Origin: Chiloscyllium plagiosum | Taxonomy: Eukaryota | Reading direction: 5' to 3' | NCBI RefSeq assembly: GCF_004010195.1 | Contig: NC_057719.1 | Location: 94,679,775 to 94,743,774, forward strand | Length of the DNA stretch: 64,000 nt | Part shown: piece after piece, positions 38,101-51,646 of the stretch | Position numbering within the stretch: the first letter of the stretch is position 1 | Layout of the letters: each line of letters starts with the position of its first letter | The notes under the pieces: generated by a model | The model's database searches: none | What the model was told of the DNA's origin: nothing | What the model saw: the letters and a program-made list of their open reading frames with translations, nothing else | Program-made: the position numbers and the translations under genes

Positions 38101-38805
38101 CTTTTTAAATCATGTGTTACATTATATATTTCGAAACATGAAACCTTGGATTATTGTTCAATGAGTTAGTCAATAAAATTTTGATTTTTCTCTTTCAAAG
38201 TTAGCATCCTCTATTGAGTTAGTAACATGATTGATCAATTAGTGACAATAGAAGGAAAACAAAACTGGATTTGTTGGAAATACCCAGCAGGTCCATTGGC
38301 TTTTGAAAGAAAAAAATAACGGCCGACGTTTTAAATGAAGATTCCTTCCATGAATGAAAATATCTGTTTTTATGCACAAATTTTAAAAAATTACTATTTA
38401 TTCAGGCTGATACTGCAGTGCCATGCTACACTGTCTTATTTTGGATATTAAACTGAGCCCTGACTGCTGCCTTAGCTGATTTAGAAGATGCATGCTACTA
38501 CTTTAAATAAGAGCAAGGGACTTATCCCTGATGTGTCGGCCAATATTTATCAACATCAAAAAAAAGGATGTTTTTCCTCACATCTGGATCCAATAACTGG
38601 GGTCTAAAACTCCAGGGGCTGATTGTACCCAGGCCAGGAGCTGGGCTATTGAGTTGAAATTAGGTTAGCACCATGGCTTGTGATTTTTTTTCTTGTCCCT
38701 GAACCACATCGCTGTTTGTTATAATTTCCTAAGTGCAAATTAGCTGCCATATTTACTACATGACAGCAGTGAATACATGTCAAATGTGCTTCATTGGCTA
38801 ATTTA

Positions 38806-39120
38806 TGGGTGTCATAGTGGCTCAGTGATCAACACTGGTCCCTCACAACCCCAGGGACCCGGTTTCGATTCTAGCCTCAGGCGACTGTCTGTGTGGAGTT
38901 TGCACATTCTCCCTGTGCCTGCGTGGGTTTCCTCCAGGTGCTCCGGTTTCCTCCCACAATCCAAAGATGTGTAAATTAGGTGAATTGGGCATTTTAAATT
39001 GCCCATAGTGTTCGGTGCATTAGTCGGAGGAAAATGGGTCTGGGTGGATTACTCTTTGGAGGGTCAGTGTGGACTTGTTGGGCCAAGTGGCCTGTTTCCA
39101 CACTATAGAGATTCTATAAC
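38806..39120 (+). mobile_element. HE1-type V-SINE
   Basis: tRNA head (TGGCTCAGTG, GTTTCGATTC), V core and LINE tail. Confidence 0.88.
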
Positions 39121-39258
39121 AATGTAATTCTATAATTCAACAGTGAATGTACAGATAACATTGACATCTCATATTATCCTACAATCTTCAAAAAAGAAGC
39201 AAGACCCGAGGGGTGATTAATATATATTATAAATATGTGAGTATATACTTAATTGACT

Positions 39259-39429
39259 AGGAGAAAGTGAGGACTGCAGATGCTGGAGATCAGAGCTGAA
39301 AATGTGTTGCTGGAAAAGCGCAGCAGGTCAGGCAGCATCCAAGGAGCAGGAGAATCGACGTTTCGGGTATGAGCCCTTCTTCGTAATGTCGATTCTCCTG
39401 CTCCTTGGATGTTGCTTGACCTGCTGCGC
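39259..39429. mobile_element. Short hammerhead element plus inverted partial copy, 15-bp TSD
   Basis: TSD TATACTTAATTGACT at 39244-39258 and 39430-39444. Confidence 0.88.
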
Positions 39430-39599
39430 TATACTTAATTGACTGTCAACTCGTCAAAATCAAGTGGGCCCAATTTCAGGGTTCCTGTCCACGTGGCTAT
39501 TGTATGGTTTTTGTTGGCATTAATATAAAGGTGCACGTGACAAGTGTGCATGCAGCAAGCTTCCCTCTTGCCACCGTTGTAGGCTGAGACACTACAAAT

Positions 39600-39882
39600 A
39601 ATTTTAGGATAAGGGGAAGCAGATTTAACAAGAGATGAGAGAAATTACTCTTCTCGGGATCATGAGTCGATGGAATTCATTCCTCCAGAATACAGACATT
39701 CAGTAAATTTTACAGAGGAGGTGGATAAATAGATGAATAATCTCTAGTGGATTGAAGGGTTATGGAGAGAAGGTTGGAAAGTGAATTGAAGCCAGGATAA
39801 GAACAGCTATAATTGTGTTAAATGGCTGAGCAGGCTCAATGGACTGAACTGCCAACTGCTCCTGGTTCTTAAATTCTTATTT
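39600..39882 (+). mobile_element. Old CR1 3' end
   Basis: IRGSRFNKR..RNYSS-like C-terminus and tail ACTGCTCCTGGTTCTTAAATTCTTAT. Confidence 0.6.
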
Positions 39883-40970
39883 TCTTCCCACACTACGTAT
39901 TACTCCCACGAAGGTGGACTATTTTGTGTTCACAATCAGTGGAATCATGAACCATAGGGAAGGCCGAATCTGGAGTAGGGAACATTTTGATAGGTAAGTT
40001 GAAGAAGTGCTGACAGCTTCAGATTTCATATCACAATGGTCTGTAATAAATATTATCAGCATTTAAATTAGAAATTAATGAAACACCTTTTCCTTTAAAG
40101 TGAGAACTAAATTGACCTGCATTAAGTAAGTATTCAGATGCATTCATTTACTACATCCTGTGAACAAATCACTCTATTGCATTCAACATTATTCAATTTT
40201 ATTTTTCCACCTAGATCATATTTTAATTTGTGCATGAAGTCCAGACACTTAATCTTTGAAGTATAAAAAGGATGCCTGACTTCTTTGATGAAAGTACATA
40301 TGCTGGGCTTTTGGAAAATGACCAGGTTACCGTCTGTTCATACAAAGTAAAAGACTGTATTGTATCAGCTCAGATGGGATCATTCATTCAGGAATGTAGT
40401 AAAATCTCATTATTAAGGATTTGAAGCATCTAAGTCTCACAAATGGATATAATTCTGCAAGGATTATTAANNNNNNNNNNNNNNNNNNNNNNNNNNNNNN
40501 NNNNNNNNNNNNNNNNNNNNNNNNNNNNNNNNNNNNNNNNNNNNNNNNNNNNNNNNNNNNNNNNNNNNNNNNNNNNNNNNNNNNNNNNNNNNNNNNNNNN
40601 NNNNNNNNNNNNNNNNNNNNNNNNNNNNNNNNNNNNNNNNNNNNNNNNNNNNNNNNNNNNNNNNNNNNNNNNNNNNNNNNNNNNNNNNNNNNNNNNNNNN
40701 NNNNNNNNNNNNNNNNNNNNNNNNNNNNNNNNNNNNNNNNNNNNNNNNNNNNNNNNNNNNNNNNNNNNNNNNNNNNNNNNNNNNNNNNNNNNNNNNNNNN
40801 NNNNNNNNNNNNNNNNNNNNNNNNNNNNNNNNNNNNNNNNNNNNNNNNNNNNNNNNNNNNNNNNNNNNNNNNNNNNNNNNNNNNNNNNNNNNNNNNNNNN
40901 NNNNNNNNNNNNNNNNNNNNNNNNNNNNNNNNNNNNNNNNNNNNNNNNNNNNNNNNNNNNNNNNNNNNNN

Positions 40971-41178
40971 CATACCATAGGAAATGACATAACCAGCCTG
41001 AGGAAACCAAAACACATAAATAGAAAGCGAGTCAGAATACCTGTGCTTTACCAGAGGCTCACTGATGATGTTCCCTAGTATGGTGACAAACATCTGAAAA
41101 CGAATCTTCCAGCTCAACGAGCAAACCTACATCCAGAACCTTAACTTGAGCTACAAATCTTCTCCAAATTCACTAACT
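40971..41178 (+). mobile_element. Penelope-like 3' terminus (second PLE family) with hammerhead-like core
   Basis: CTGATGATGTTCCCTAGTATGGTGACAAACATC then CCAGCTCAACGAGCAAACCTACATCCAGAACC, shared with 56315-56672. Confidence 0.7.
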
Positions 41179-41682
41179 ATGACTCAATGATCTTTGCTCC
41201 TTGTATGGCAAAACATACTTCTCTATTTGTCTTAGTACAAGCCTTGGATAATGCAATGAGTTACAGTAACTACACTTTGTTTCTTACACTGACAAATTTC
41301 AATGTGATAAGCAACATGGACAGCCTCCCCCTCCCGCAATGTAAACACAGTTCCTCTCTGAGTTCTCAGGGAGATATAAATAGCTCACATAATTTCTTAT
41401 TGATCTGCATAGATATTGACAGTTACATTGACCTCAGGTATATCACTAAAACCAGATAATTTTGACTCCCCACTGCCTCACTGTCTTCAATTCACCACCT
41501 CAGAGCAAAGCCACTGGATCTTGGCAGCAATTGCTGGAAAGGCTCAGCAGGTCTGGTAGCATCTGTGCAGAGAAAGTACAGTTAACGTCTTGGGGACTGA
41601 ATTTCACCATCTGCTGTGACAGGATTTGAACCCAGGTTCCCAACTGTGTTCCTACATTCATTGTCCAGGGATAACACCAAGG

Positions 41683-42012
41683 AGGTGGCATGGTGGCTCA
41701 GTGTTTAGCACTGCTGCCTTACAGCGCCATGGACCTGGGTTCAATTCCAGCCTCGGGTGACTGTCTGTGTGGAGTTTGCACATTCTCCCTGTGTCTGTGT
41801 GGGTTTCCTCCGTGTGGTCTGGTTTCCTCCCACAATCCAAAGATGTGCAGGTGAATTGGCCATGCTAAATTGCCCATAGTGTTCAGGAATGTGTACGTTA
41901 GGTGCTTAAGCCAGGGGTAAAAATAGGACGAAGGGGAATGGGTCTGGGTGGGTTACTCTTTGGAGGGTTGGAATGGACTTGTTGGGCCGAAGGGTCTCCA
42001 TGGATTCTCTGA
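41683..42012 (+). mobile_element. HE1-type V-SINE
   Basis: A-box TGGCTCAGTG, B-box GGTTCAATTCC, V core, tail. Confidence 0.88.
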
Positions 42013-42523
42013 TTGTTGTCCCTTTTTTTAACTCTCATCAATTATTTGGATGACGTTGTTATCACTGACTTTTTCAAGAGGATAAGAAACCTGAGATAGC
42101 ACAAGGTAATTAACTTAGCATTTCTGTTAAAACTTTTTAATCAGCTGCTCATCTTTGGCTGTCTAAGAGTGAAATCTAATAAGTAATTTAAAAGAAACAC
42201 ATAAGGGAAAGAGGAATTGCCCTCACTTCAATATCTGTCACAAGATAATAAATGAGAATAAAGTAATATTGATACCATTGTGCCTCAAACAGTGCACAAA
42301 AGAACACTCATCAATGAAGCACAAACTAATGCACAGCAGATTGTTTTGAAACATCCAAGTTCTCAGCAGCAAACACTGCCAGCTAATCTGGTTATTTTTG
42401 GAAGGCAGAATCCTCTCTTCATAAGAGTTGAGGAGGTGGATGTCAGGCAACTAACATTATATCTTGACTCTTTCTACCTTAATGTGAGCTGTTTTCCTCC
42501 TGAACTGAGAGAGAGGCAGAAAT

Positions 42524-42935
42524 GGGGAGGCAATGGCCTAGTGGTATTATCATTAGTCTGTTAATCCAGACACGAGCTGATGTTTTGGGGACTTGGGTTT
42601 GAATCCCACCATGGCAGCTGATGGAATTTGAATTCACTGTAAAAGAAATCTGGAGTTAAGAGTCTAATGATGACCATTAATCCATTGCTGATTGTCAGAA
42701 AAACTCTTAATGTCCTTTCGGGAAGGAGATTGCCATCCTTATCTGGTCTGGCCTACATATGACTCCAAACCCACAGCAATGTGGTTGACTCTTAACTGCC
42801 CTCTGGATAATTAGGCACAGGCAATAAGTGCTGGCCAGCCAGCAACACGCACATCTCACAAAATTATTGGTTTGAAAAAATGAGGGATGGGCAATAAAAG
42901 CTGCCTAGCCAGTGATGTCCCCATCCCATGAATGT
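42524..42935 (+). mobile_element. tRNA-headed SINE (second family) with LINE-derived tail
   Basis: A-box TGGCCTAGTGG, B-box GGTTTGAATCCC, tail GGGATGGGCAATAAAAGCTG..CATCCCATGAATG. Confidence 0.75.
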
Positions 42936-43179
42936 ATGAAGTGTTAAGGGAGGTGCAAGTGGGTGTCACAGCTGTTACCTCATGTGCGGGGGGGGAGGGA
43001 GGGAGGTGTCCTGATGAGACTCAACTGTGCAGAGGGCATGCAGGGATAGCAATGTCCTGAGTTGGGGTGGGTGACAGTGACTGGGGAAGATGTTGGAGGC
43101 AACAGTGAAAGTCATAGAGCATGAGCCTTGGTGGGAAGTCATATAGTAGTGGAGATAGAGTGTGTACTAGAGTAAAGAT

Positions 43180-43395
43180 AGTCGCAGTTATGCTGATGGA
43201 GTGGAGAAGATCGTTGTGTATTCCTCCAGATGGCTTCAATGGAAAATAACTCAGACCAGGCTGGCATAATCTGATATATGAGCTCCTCTGCTGACCCTAT
43301 GTCACCCTGCCCAATAGGATCTTCTGGTCTCTGCCTGTAAAACATGATATCATGTTTCCCTTCTCTGCCATGTCCAGGGCAGATATCATCAACCA
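43180..43395 (-). mobile_element. Possible Harbinger-type Myb/SANT remnant
   Basis: YQIMPAWSEL..AIWRNTQ and NDLLHS resemble the Myb/SANT W..V..R...C.K..NDL pattern; heavily decayed. Confidence 0.35.
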
Positions 43396-43398
43396 AGA

Positions 43399-46300
43399 AA
43401 AGAGAAGATGGTAAAAGAGGGGCGTGTGGCATTGTTAGTCAGGTACTGTATTACAGTGGCAGAAAGGACATTTAAGGACTCATCTACTGAGGTAGTATCG
43501 GCAGACGTTAGAAACAGGAAAGGAGAGATCACCCTATTGGGAGTTTTCTACAGACCTCTGAATAGTTCCAGAGATATAGAGGAAAGGATAGCAAAGATAA
43601 TTCTGGATAAGATCAAGAGAAACAGAGTAGTTTCATGGGGGTCTTTAACTTTCCAAATATTGACTGGAAATACTACAGTTCGAGTACTTTACATGGGTCA
43701 GTTTTTGTTCAATGTGCGCTGGAGGGTTTCCTGACACAATATGTAAATAGGCCAACAAGGGGTGAGGTCACATTAGATTTGTTACTGGGTAATGAACCCG
43801 GCCAGGTGTTAGATTTGGAGGTAGGTGACCACTTTGGTGATAATGACTACAATTTGATTATGTTTACTTTAGTGATGGAAAGGAATAGGTATATGTCTCA
43901 GGGGAAAAGTTACAGATAGAGGAAAGGCAATTATGATGTGATTAGGCAAGAGTTAGGATGCTTAGGATGGGGAAGGAAACTGCATGGGATGCGTACAATT
44001 GAAATGTGGAGCTTATTCAAGAAACAGTTAGTGTGTGTCCTTGATAATTATGGTTTAGATCAGAGAGGTGCTCGAAGAGGATAGCAGGTCAGGCAGCATC
44101 TGAGGAGCAGGAAAATCAACGTTTCGGGCAAAAGCCCTTCATCAGGAATTATGATAATTATGTACCTGTCAGACAGGGAGGAAGTGGTCGAGCATGGAGC
44201 CACGGTTTACTAAGGAAGTTGAATCTTTTGTCAAGGGAAAGAAGAAGGCTTATGTTAGGATGAGACATGAAGGCTCAGTTAGTGAGCTTGAGAGTTACAA
44301 GTTAGCCAGGAAAGACCTAAAGAGAGAACTAAGAAGAGCCAGGAGGGGACATGAGAAGTCGTTGGCAGATAGGATCAAGGAAACCCCAAAGCTTTCTATA
44401 GGAATACCAGGAATAAAAGAATGACAAGAGAAAGCTTAGGGCCAATCAAGGACAGTAGTGGGAAGTTGAATGTGGAGTCCAAGGAGATAGGGGAGGCATT
44501 AAATGAATGCTTTTCATTGGTATTCACACTGGAAAAAGACAACGTTGTTGAGGAGAATACTGATATACAGGCGACTAGACTACCCAGGGTTGAGGTTCAC
44601 AAGGAGGAGGTTTTAGCAATTCTGGAAAGTAGATAAGTCCCCTGGGCTGGATGGGATTTATCCTAGGATTCTCTGGGAACCCAGGGAGGAGATTGCAGAG
44701 CCTTTGGCTTTGAACTTTACGTCGTCATTGTCTACAGGAATAGTGCCAGAAGACTGGACGATAGCAAATGCTGTCCCCTTGTTCAAGAAGGGGAGTAGAG
44801 ACAACCCTGGGAATTATAGACCTGTGAGACTTACTTCAGTTGTGGGTAAAATGTTGGGAAGGGTTATAATAGATAAGATTTATAATCATCTAGAAAGAAA
44901 TAAGTTGATTAGGGATAATCAACATGGTTTTGTGAAGGGCAGGTCATGCCTCACAAACCTTATTGAGTACTTTGAGAAGGTGACTAAACAGATGGATGAG
45001 GGTAAAGCTGTTGATGAGGTGCATATGGATTTCAGTAAAGTGTTTGGTAAGGTTCCCCATGGTGGGCTATTGCACAAAATACAGAGGCATGGGATTGAGG
45101 ATGATTTAGCCATTTGGATCAGAAATTGGTTATTGTAAGAAGACAGAGGGTGGTGGCTGATGGGAAATGTTTATCCTGGAGTTCAGTTACTAGCAGTGTA
45201 CTGCAAGGATCTGTTTTGGGCCCACTGCTCTTTGTCATTTTTATAAATGACCTGGATGAGGGCAGAGAAGCATGGGTTAGTAAATTTGCAGATGACACGA
45301 AGGTCGGTAGAGTTGTGGACAGTGCTGAAGGATTTTGCAGGTTACAGAGGGGTATAGACAAGTTGGAAAGGTGTGAGGTGATTCACTTTGGAAGGAGCAA
45401 CAGGAATAAAGAGTACTGGGCTAATGGTCAAAGTCTTGGCAGTGTAGATGAGGCAGAGAGATCTCAGTATCCATGTACATAGATCCCTGAAAGTTGCCAT
45501 CCAGATTGATAGGGTTGTTAAAAAAGCATACTGTGTGTTAGCTTTTATTGGCAGGCGGATCGAGTTTCAGAACCATGAGGTCATGCTGCAGCTGTACAAA
45601 ACTCTGGTATGGCTGCACTTGGAGTATTGTGTGCAGTTCAGGTCACCACATTATAGGAAGGATTTGGAAGCATTGGAAAGGGTTCAGAGGAGATTTACTC
45701 GGATGTTCTTGATTTGGAGGGAAGATCCTATGAGGAAAGGCTGAGGGACTTGCGGATGTTTTCTTTAGAGAGACGAAGGTTGAGACATATAAGACGGTTG
45801 GATAGGGTTGACAATGAGAACCTTTTGCCTCGGTTGGTGATGGCTCACGTGAGGGGACATAGCTTTAAATTGAGGGCTGATAGATAGATCTGTTTTGGGC
45901 CCACTGCTCTTTGTCATTTTTATAAATGACCTGGATGAGGGCAGAGAAGCATGGGTTAGTAAATTTGCAGATGACACGAAGGTCGGTAGAGTTGTGGACA
46001 GTGCTGAAGGATTTTGCAGGTTACAGAGGGGTATAGACAAGTTGGAAAGGTGTGAGGTGATTCACTTTGGAAGGAGCAACAGGAATAAAAAGTACTGGGC
46101 TAATGGTCAAAGTCTTGGCAGTGTAGATGAGGCAGAGAGATCTCAGTATCCATGTACATAGATCCCTGAAAGTTGCCATCCAGATTGATAGGGTTGTTAA
46201 AAAAGCATACTGTGTGTTAGCTTTTATTGGCAGACGGATCGAGTTTCAGAACCATGAGGTCATGCTGCAGCTGTACAAAGCTCTGGTATGGCTGCACTTG

Positions 46301-46812
46301 GAGTATTGTGTGCAGTTCTGGTCACCACATTATAGGAAGGATTTGGAAGCATTGGAAAGGGTTCAGAGGAGATTTACTCAGATGTTCTTGATTTGGAGGG
46401 AAGATCCTATGAGGAAAGGCTGAGGGACTTGCGGATGTTTTCTTTAGAGAGACGAAGGTTGAGAGGCGACTTGGTTGAGACATATAAGACGGTTGGATAG
46501 GGTGGACAATGAGAATCTTTTGCCTCGGTTGGTGATGGCTCACGTGAGGGGACATAGCTTTAAATTGAGGGCTGATAGATATAGGACAAATGTCAGAGGT
46601 AGTTTCTTTACTCAGAGAGGAGTAGGGGCATGGAACGCACAGACTGCAACAGTAGTAAACTCGGCAACTTTAAGGATATTTAAATGGTCATTGGATAAAC
46701 ATATGGATGAGAATAGAATAGTGTAGGATAGATAGGCTTCAGATTAGTTTCACAGGTCGGTGCAATATCGAGGGCCAAAGGGTCTGTACTGTACTATTAC
46801 GTTCTATGTTCT
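43399..46812 (+). mobile_element. Decayed CR1 LINE ORF2 with internal 679-bp tandem duplication
   Basis: APE and RT motifs; duplicated block 45208-45886 / 45887-46581; 3' tail GTTCTATGTTCT. Confidence 0.92.
44053..44151 (-). mobile_element. Short hammerhead element, 11-bp TSD
   Basis: TSD TGATAATTATG at 44042-44052 and 44152-44162; reverse strand CTGATGAAGGGCTTTTGCCCGAAACGTT. Confidence 0.85.
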
Positions 46813-47269
46813 GTGTAAGGCAGCTCTGGGCTAACAGTGCTTGTGCAGGTACAGAATGATCTTTTAAAATGGCAGTGACACCAGAAATGCTGGTTAGTTC
46901 TAGGATGTATTAGCAGGGATGTGATGTTCTGGGCATGACAAGTGACAGGATGGGGTTAACATTGGGCATGAAACATGCAGTGGTGGGGTTTAGGCAGTCA
47001 ATAGGACAAGTCAGTAAAACAGAGTGAGACAACATGCTCATTTTCACAGCAAGAAACTGTCCTTGAATCTCAATGAAACTAATACTTAGCCAAAAACAAA
47101 AAGAAAATCTGAGGTTCCGCTCAATAGGAAAAAAATTACTTACAGGCGAGATCACTGCCACAGAGAACAGGCAGCATAAGGCTCGAGAACAGAAGCCTTC
47201 ATTTTTACCCTTGAAAGTCATCTATCCTTCATTTTATCTGTAAAACTTGGAAAAACTCTGCATTATGAC

Positions 47270-47700
47270 AACAATGGGAATAACTGCAAATACTGCAAAG
47301 TTTTTTAATCCAGTGGCATTTTTAATCAAATAAGGATTTGAGGAAAACAATTTCTTGAAATTCAGACTAACATGCAAACTAGATTCAAAATCAGAAGCTG
47401 AACAAGTAAATGCATTTCAAAATACATTTGTGAATATATCTGATAATGGTATGGCTTGCCATGGGGTAAAAGGGGCAACAGATACTGTTGAAGAGGTACT
47501 GAAAATGTTTTAATAGAATAATTCAGCATCAGATGTTTACAGCTTAGATAGAGTTTTAAAAAGGTAATTCATAAATGGCAGAATTGCGGCTGGAATTACT
47601 GTTGCACGTGTGTCAGACTTAGTACAGTCCAACAAAAGCTTGACTTTGAAACAAGCTATTCAGATTGTGATAGAAGCAAGAGAGAAATCCTGAGAAAAGA
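47270..47700 (+). mobile_element. Decayed Gypsy gag remnant (different lineage)
   Basis: KFRLTCKLDSKSEAEQVNAF..FINGRIAAGI..SDLVQSNKSLTLKQAIQIV resembles the gag RDRIVVGI..LTLEKAI pattern. Confidence 0.6.
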
Positions 47701-48461
47701 AAAACAACCTTATCACAGAAGAGTTCACAGGAAATTGGGCTGTATAAGATAATGGTTCTGAAAGGGTTAATGTTAGAGGCTGCATTAAATTCCATCCAAT
47801 ATTATAATGCCAAAAGAAACTTGGATAGAAAAACAGCAGATCAGCTCCGGATCATGCACATTGAATTCATGTCTGAGTAACAATGCCTAAAATACTAATG
47901 AAATTTGTACCAGATTGTTATTAGGAAATAAACAACATCTTGTTTGGGAGAATTAGGACTCACTTGTTGGCAACAAATTGCCCCAAACACAAAATGGTAA
48001 TAACTGGCATCACAACACACACATCTCACACAGCATGGAAAAAGTCCCAGGCTGCTGGTCATGAAAGTTGAGGTTACTTTTATTTATTCATTCCCATGCA
48101 TTAGACAGGAGGAATATAGGCTCCCCTCTTAATTACAAGCAAAGTGGATAATATTCCATCTTACTCAGCTTAATAAACAATGCCCATCCACTTCTTACCC
48201 AAATAAAGCATGTCGGCAGCCTTAAATTTTTCCCACTGTAATTTAGTGATGCATCAGCCATTTTTATCACAGCCTCGGTAATCTTCTTATTAATTTCTTC
48301 TGTTGGATGCTACAGGATGAATCTTTTTTTTTTGGCTAATTGTGAGTTTGAGTATGTTTGAGGTAGATTTATGTCAGGTTTTGGAACGTTATCCCCAAAC
48401 AAGTCTGTATCATGTCAGAATGGTTGGAGTTTAAAGAAGTCTTCAACATTAATCCATTCAT

Positions 48462-48683
48462 GGGAAAAAGTGAGGACTGCAGATGCTGGAGATCAGAGTT
48501 GAGAGTGTGTTGTTGGGAAAGCACAGCAGGTCAGGCAGCATCCGAGGAGCAGTAGAATCGACGCTTCAGGCATAAGCCCTTCATCATGTATGGATGAACT
48601 GATGAAGGGCTTATGCCTGAAGCGTCGATTCTCCTGCTCCTCGGACGCTGCCTGACCTGCTGTGCTTTCCCAACAACACAAGC
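48462..48683. mobile_element. Inverted pair of short hammerhead elements, degenerate 19-bp TSD
   Basis: TCAACATTAATCCATTCAT (48443-48461) vs TCGACATTAACCCATTCGT (48684-48702); CTGATGAAGGGCTTATGCCTGAAGCGTC at 48599. Confidence 0.82.
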
Positions 48684-49379
48684 TCGACATTAACCCATTC
48701 GTAACAATTATTTGATATGAGAGAGTTATCAAGAAGTGGTTGTACCTTGCTTTACAATGGTAAGTGTCAGTTATTTAGTCCAATCACTTTGTCAGGAAGA
48801 GCTCTGTTATGTAACATTATATTGTGTTGTGATTCTGCAGATAAAGTGTCTTCTGTTTAGTAACTTTTGCATAATGTGAAATTCTTGATGCTGTGTTATT
48901 CGCTGTCTCCACTTTATAGAAATTCTCATAGATGTGTAGCGTGTAGAAAGTATCTGTTTCTCAACAACATTTCTTTGGAAAGTTATATAACACAGCCAAA
49001 AAGATATATTCTTAGAATCCACAGGAGTCATTACCAAGGTCAGTGTCACCCTGGAATCCATAAATAAAATGATTTGCCAAGAGTTCAGAATTCTCTGGCA
49101 CTCAGATTATTCAAAATAATTGACAAAGGATTTTATTCATGCAAGTTTACCGTTTTTCATATTAACATACATTCTAGAACTCTGAACTAATTTCAAAACA
49201 GAGAAGCAGAAAGAATTTTAGATGACGTAATTAAATATGCAATAAACCCACAGTAACAGAATCCCAGTAAAATTGTTTGAAAGATGTTACAGAAATATTA
49301 AATTTAGAAACATATAAAGCTGACAACTCCCTTTCAGAAATTCGCATCATAGTATTGAATGTAGGCAAAGAGAAAAGTC

Positions 49380-50105
49380 ATTAAGACCTTAAGATGTAGG
49401 AGCAGAAGTAGGTCATTTTACCTAACCAGTCTGCTCCACCATTTGATGAGATCATGGTTGATTTAATAATTCTCAAATCCAGTTTCCTACGTTTTCCCCA
49501 AAACCCTTGATTCCCTTAAGATTAACAATCTGTCTATCTCTTGAATATACTGAATGACCTAGCCACTGTGGTAAATAATTCTAGCAACTTATTTTATCCA
49601 CTGAGAGAAGAATTTTGTTTTCTCATCTCTTCCTCACTAGGGAATGCTTTATTCGGAGATTATTTCCTTTGGTTTTAGACTCTTCCAAAAAAGGGAAACA
49701 GTCTGTCAGCATCTAAAACCCTATCAAGCTTCCTAAGAATCTCATATATTTCAATGAGGTTTCTTCTTAATCTTCTAAACTCCAACGAGTACAAGCTCGA
49801 CCTACTCAATCTTTGTTCATAAGGAATTCTGTCTATACCCACATTCAACCTTCTCTGTATTTCCCCGAATATCTGTATACCTTTCCTTCGATAAGGGATA
49901 AAAACATATTCACAGTATTTCAGATGTTGTCTAATAGTGATTTGTTTTTTGGTTTTATTAAAGGTTACCTACATATCTACTCTATTCCCTGTGAAATAAA
50001 AGCCAATATTAAATATGCTTTTCTATTGCCTGATGAACTTGAATGTTAGCTTTTTATGATTTACACATGAGAACTCCCAAATTCCTCTGTGCAGTCTTTC
50101 TCCAA
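49380..50105 (-). mobile_element. Old CR1 3' fragment
   Basis: Tail TAGGAGCAGAAGTAGGTCATT..GATCATGGTTGAT resembles 778-900. Confidence 0.7.
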
Positions 50106-50175
50106 TTAAGTAACTGTCCAACAATAGCTCAAGTGTGGCCCATCCCACTGGAACAGTTCCATTTTACCACAGAAC

Positions 50176-50313
50176 TGCTGGACATGCACATGGACAGCAG
50201 TGAATTGAGGGGTGCGTAGGTGAGGTTATTTTATTTTAGATAAGGAATAAACATTGTGGGCCGAAGGGTCTGTTCTGTGCTCTACTTTTCTATGTTATAT
50301 ATTCTATGTTCTA
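50176..50313 (+). mobile_element. CR1 3' tail
   Basis: CTGCTGGACATGCACATGGACAGCAGTG..TTCTATGTTCTA, as at 4845-4974. Confidence 0.85.
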
Positions 50314-51646
50314 ACTGGTGCCAGTGTCCCATAAACTGAAATTCATTCCACCCAAACCAATCATTGAAACACAACTTTACTCCCCTAACTTTAATTACTC
50401 CATGTCAGTTTGCTGCTCAGGACTCAGGTCGTAATCCAAAGATTATTACCATGGAGGTTCAGCTTTTTAAAATTTCTAATTAACTGTTCAAATTCTTTGA
50501 ACAGACTCTCTTCTCTAGAACTATCAATGGCATTGGTACCAAGGGGAACGATGGTAATTGGATCTCTCCCCTTCCTCTCCAACTCTGAAAAGGTATCTTT
50601 AACCCTGCCAGCAGACCTTTCAGCCTTTTGAACTCACACTCATGATGGTAGAGAACAGTACCGTCCCTCTAGTTATATGTCAGTTCATGCATCCTCCATG
50701 CAATCCCTGCTCTCATCCAAATTCTCAAAACAGTTTAAGAGAAACTGCTGTCTTTGTTCTCTCTCTTTCTCTCTCTCTAGAAATTGGCACTCATATCCCA
50801 TTGCAACAGGTGGAGGAATAGATCATCAAGGAACCAAGAATTTGCAGACACAGTGACCAGTGTCCCAGAGCATAGTGGGGATAGCTATGGTAGCTAGGCC
50901 TAGAGAAGTGGGAGCACAGCAGCCTGGCGCAGAGGGAGAATGGCGATCAGTGGGCCCAGAGCAAAGGTGGTTACTGGCTGGGGACTGGTGGAGCCAGGAC
51001 AGGCCATGTGGAAGCCCTTATAGAAAGACTGTAATGTCTATCTTTTTAGCTTTATTTCTTATTTTCCGAACTTTTATTTATATCATGGTTATTTGTAATG
51101 TGTAACTTTTTCTCTTGATTTTCTCTTTTTTTTTGTACCTAAGGTATGTACATGGGTACTTTGTACTCTCTATGACTACGGATTGGCAACATTGTATACT
51201 TTTCACAGCACCCCTGTTTTTTTGCAACTTGAGTACACTTGACAATAAACCTAACTCTAATTCTAATCAGAGAGGCCAAGCCGTCTGGACAATTCCACAT
51301 GGGTTCTCATTCTTACAAGACTTGCATTCGTCGTCACCTTTCCCTGATCTGACCGCCTCTTGAAGCAAAGTGTCCAGATAACTTAACCACTCCCTGATGA
51401 AGGGCAATATCTGTAGCTTAGCTTCAAGCTCCTCAACTCAGATCTGAAGTTCCTTGAGATATAAACATTTGGAAGAGACGTGTTTATTTTATATCTATTT
51501 GGTGTCCAGCAGTTCTCACATGCTGCTGCAGCAACACATCACCATCACTATAATAATTTATTTAATTCATTAATTGCTTGAGAATCTCTGCCTTCAATGT
51601 TTTTTCTAAAAAAAAGAGGGTCAATTTTATACTCAAGTTTTCTTTG

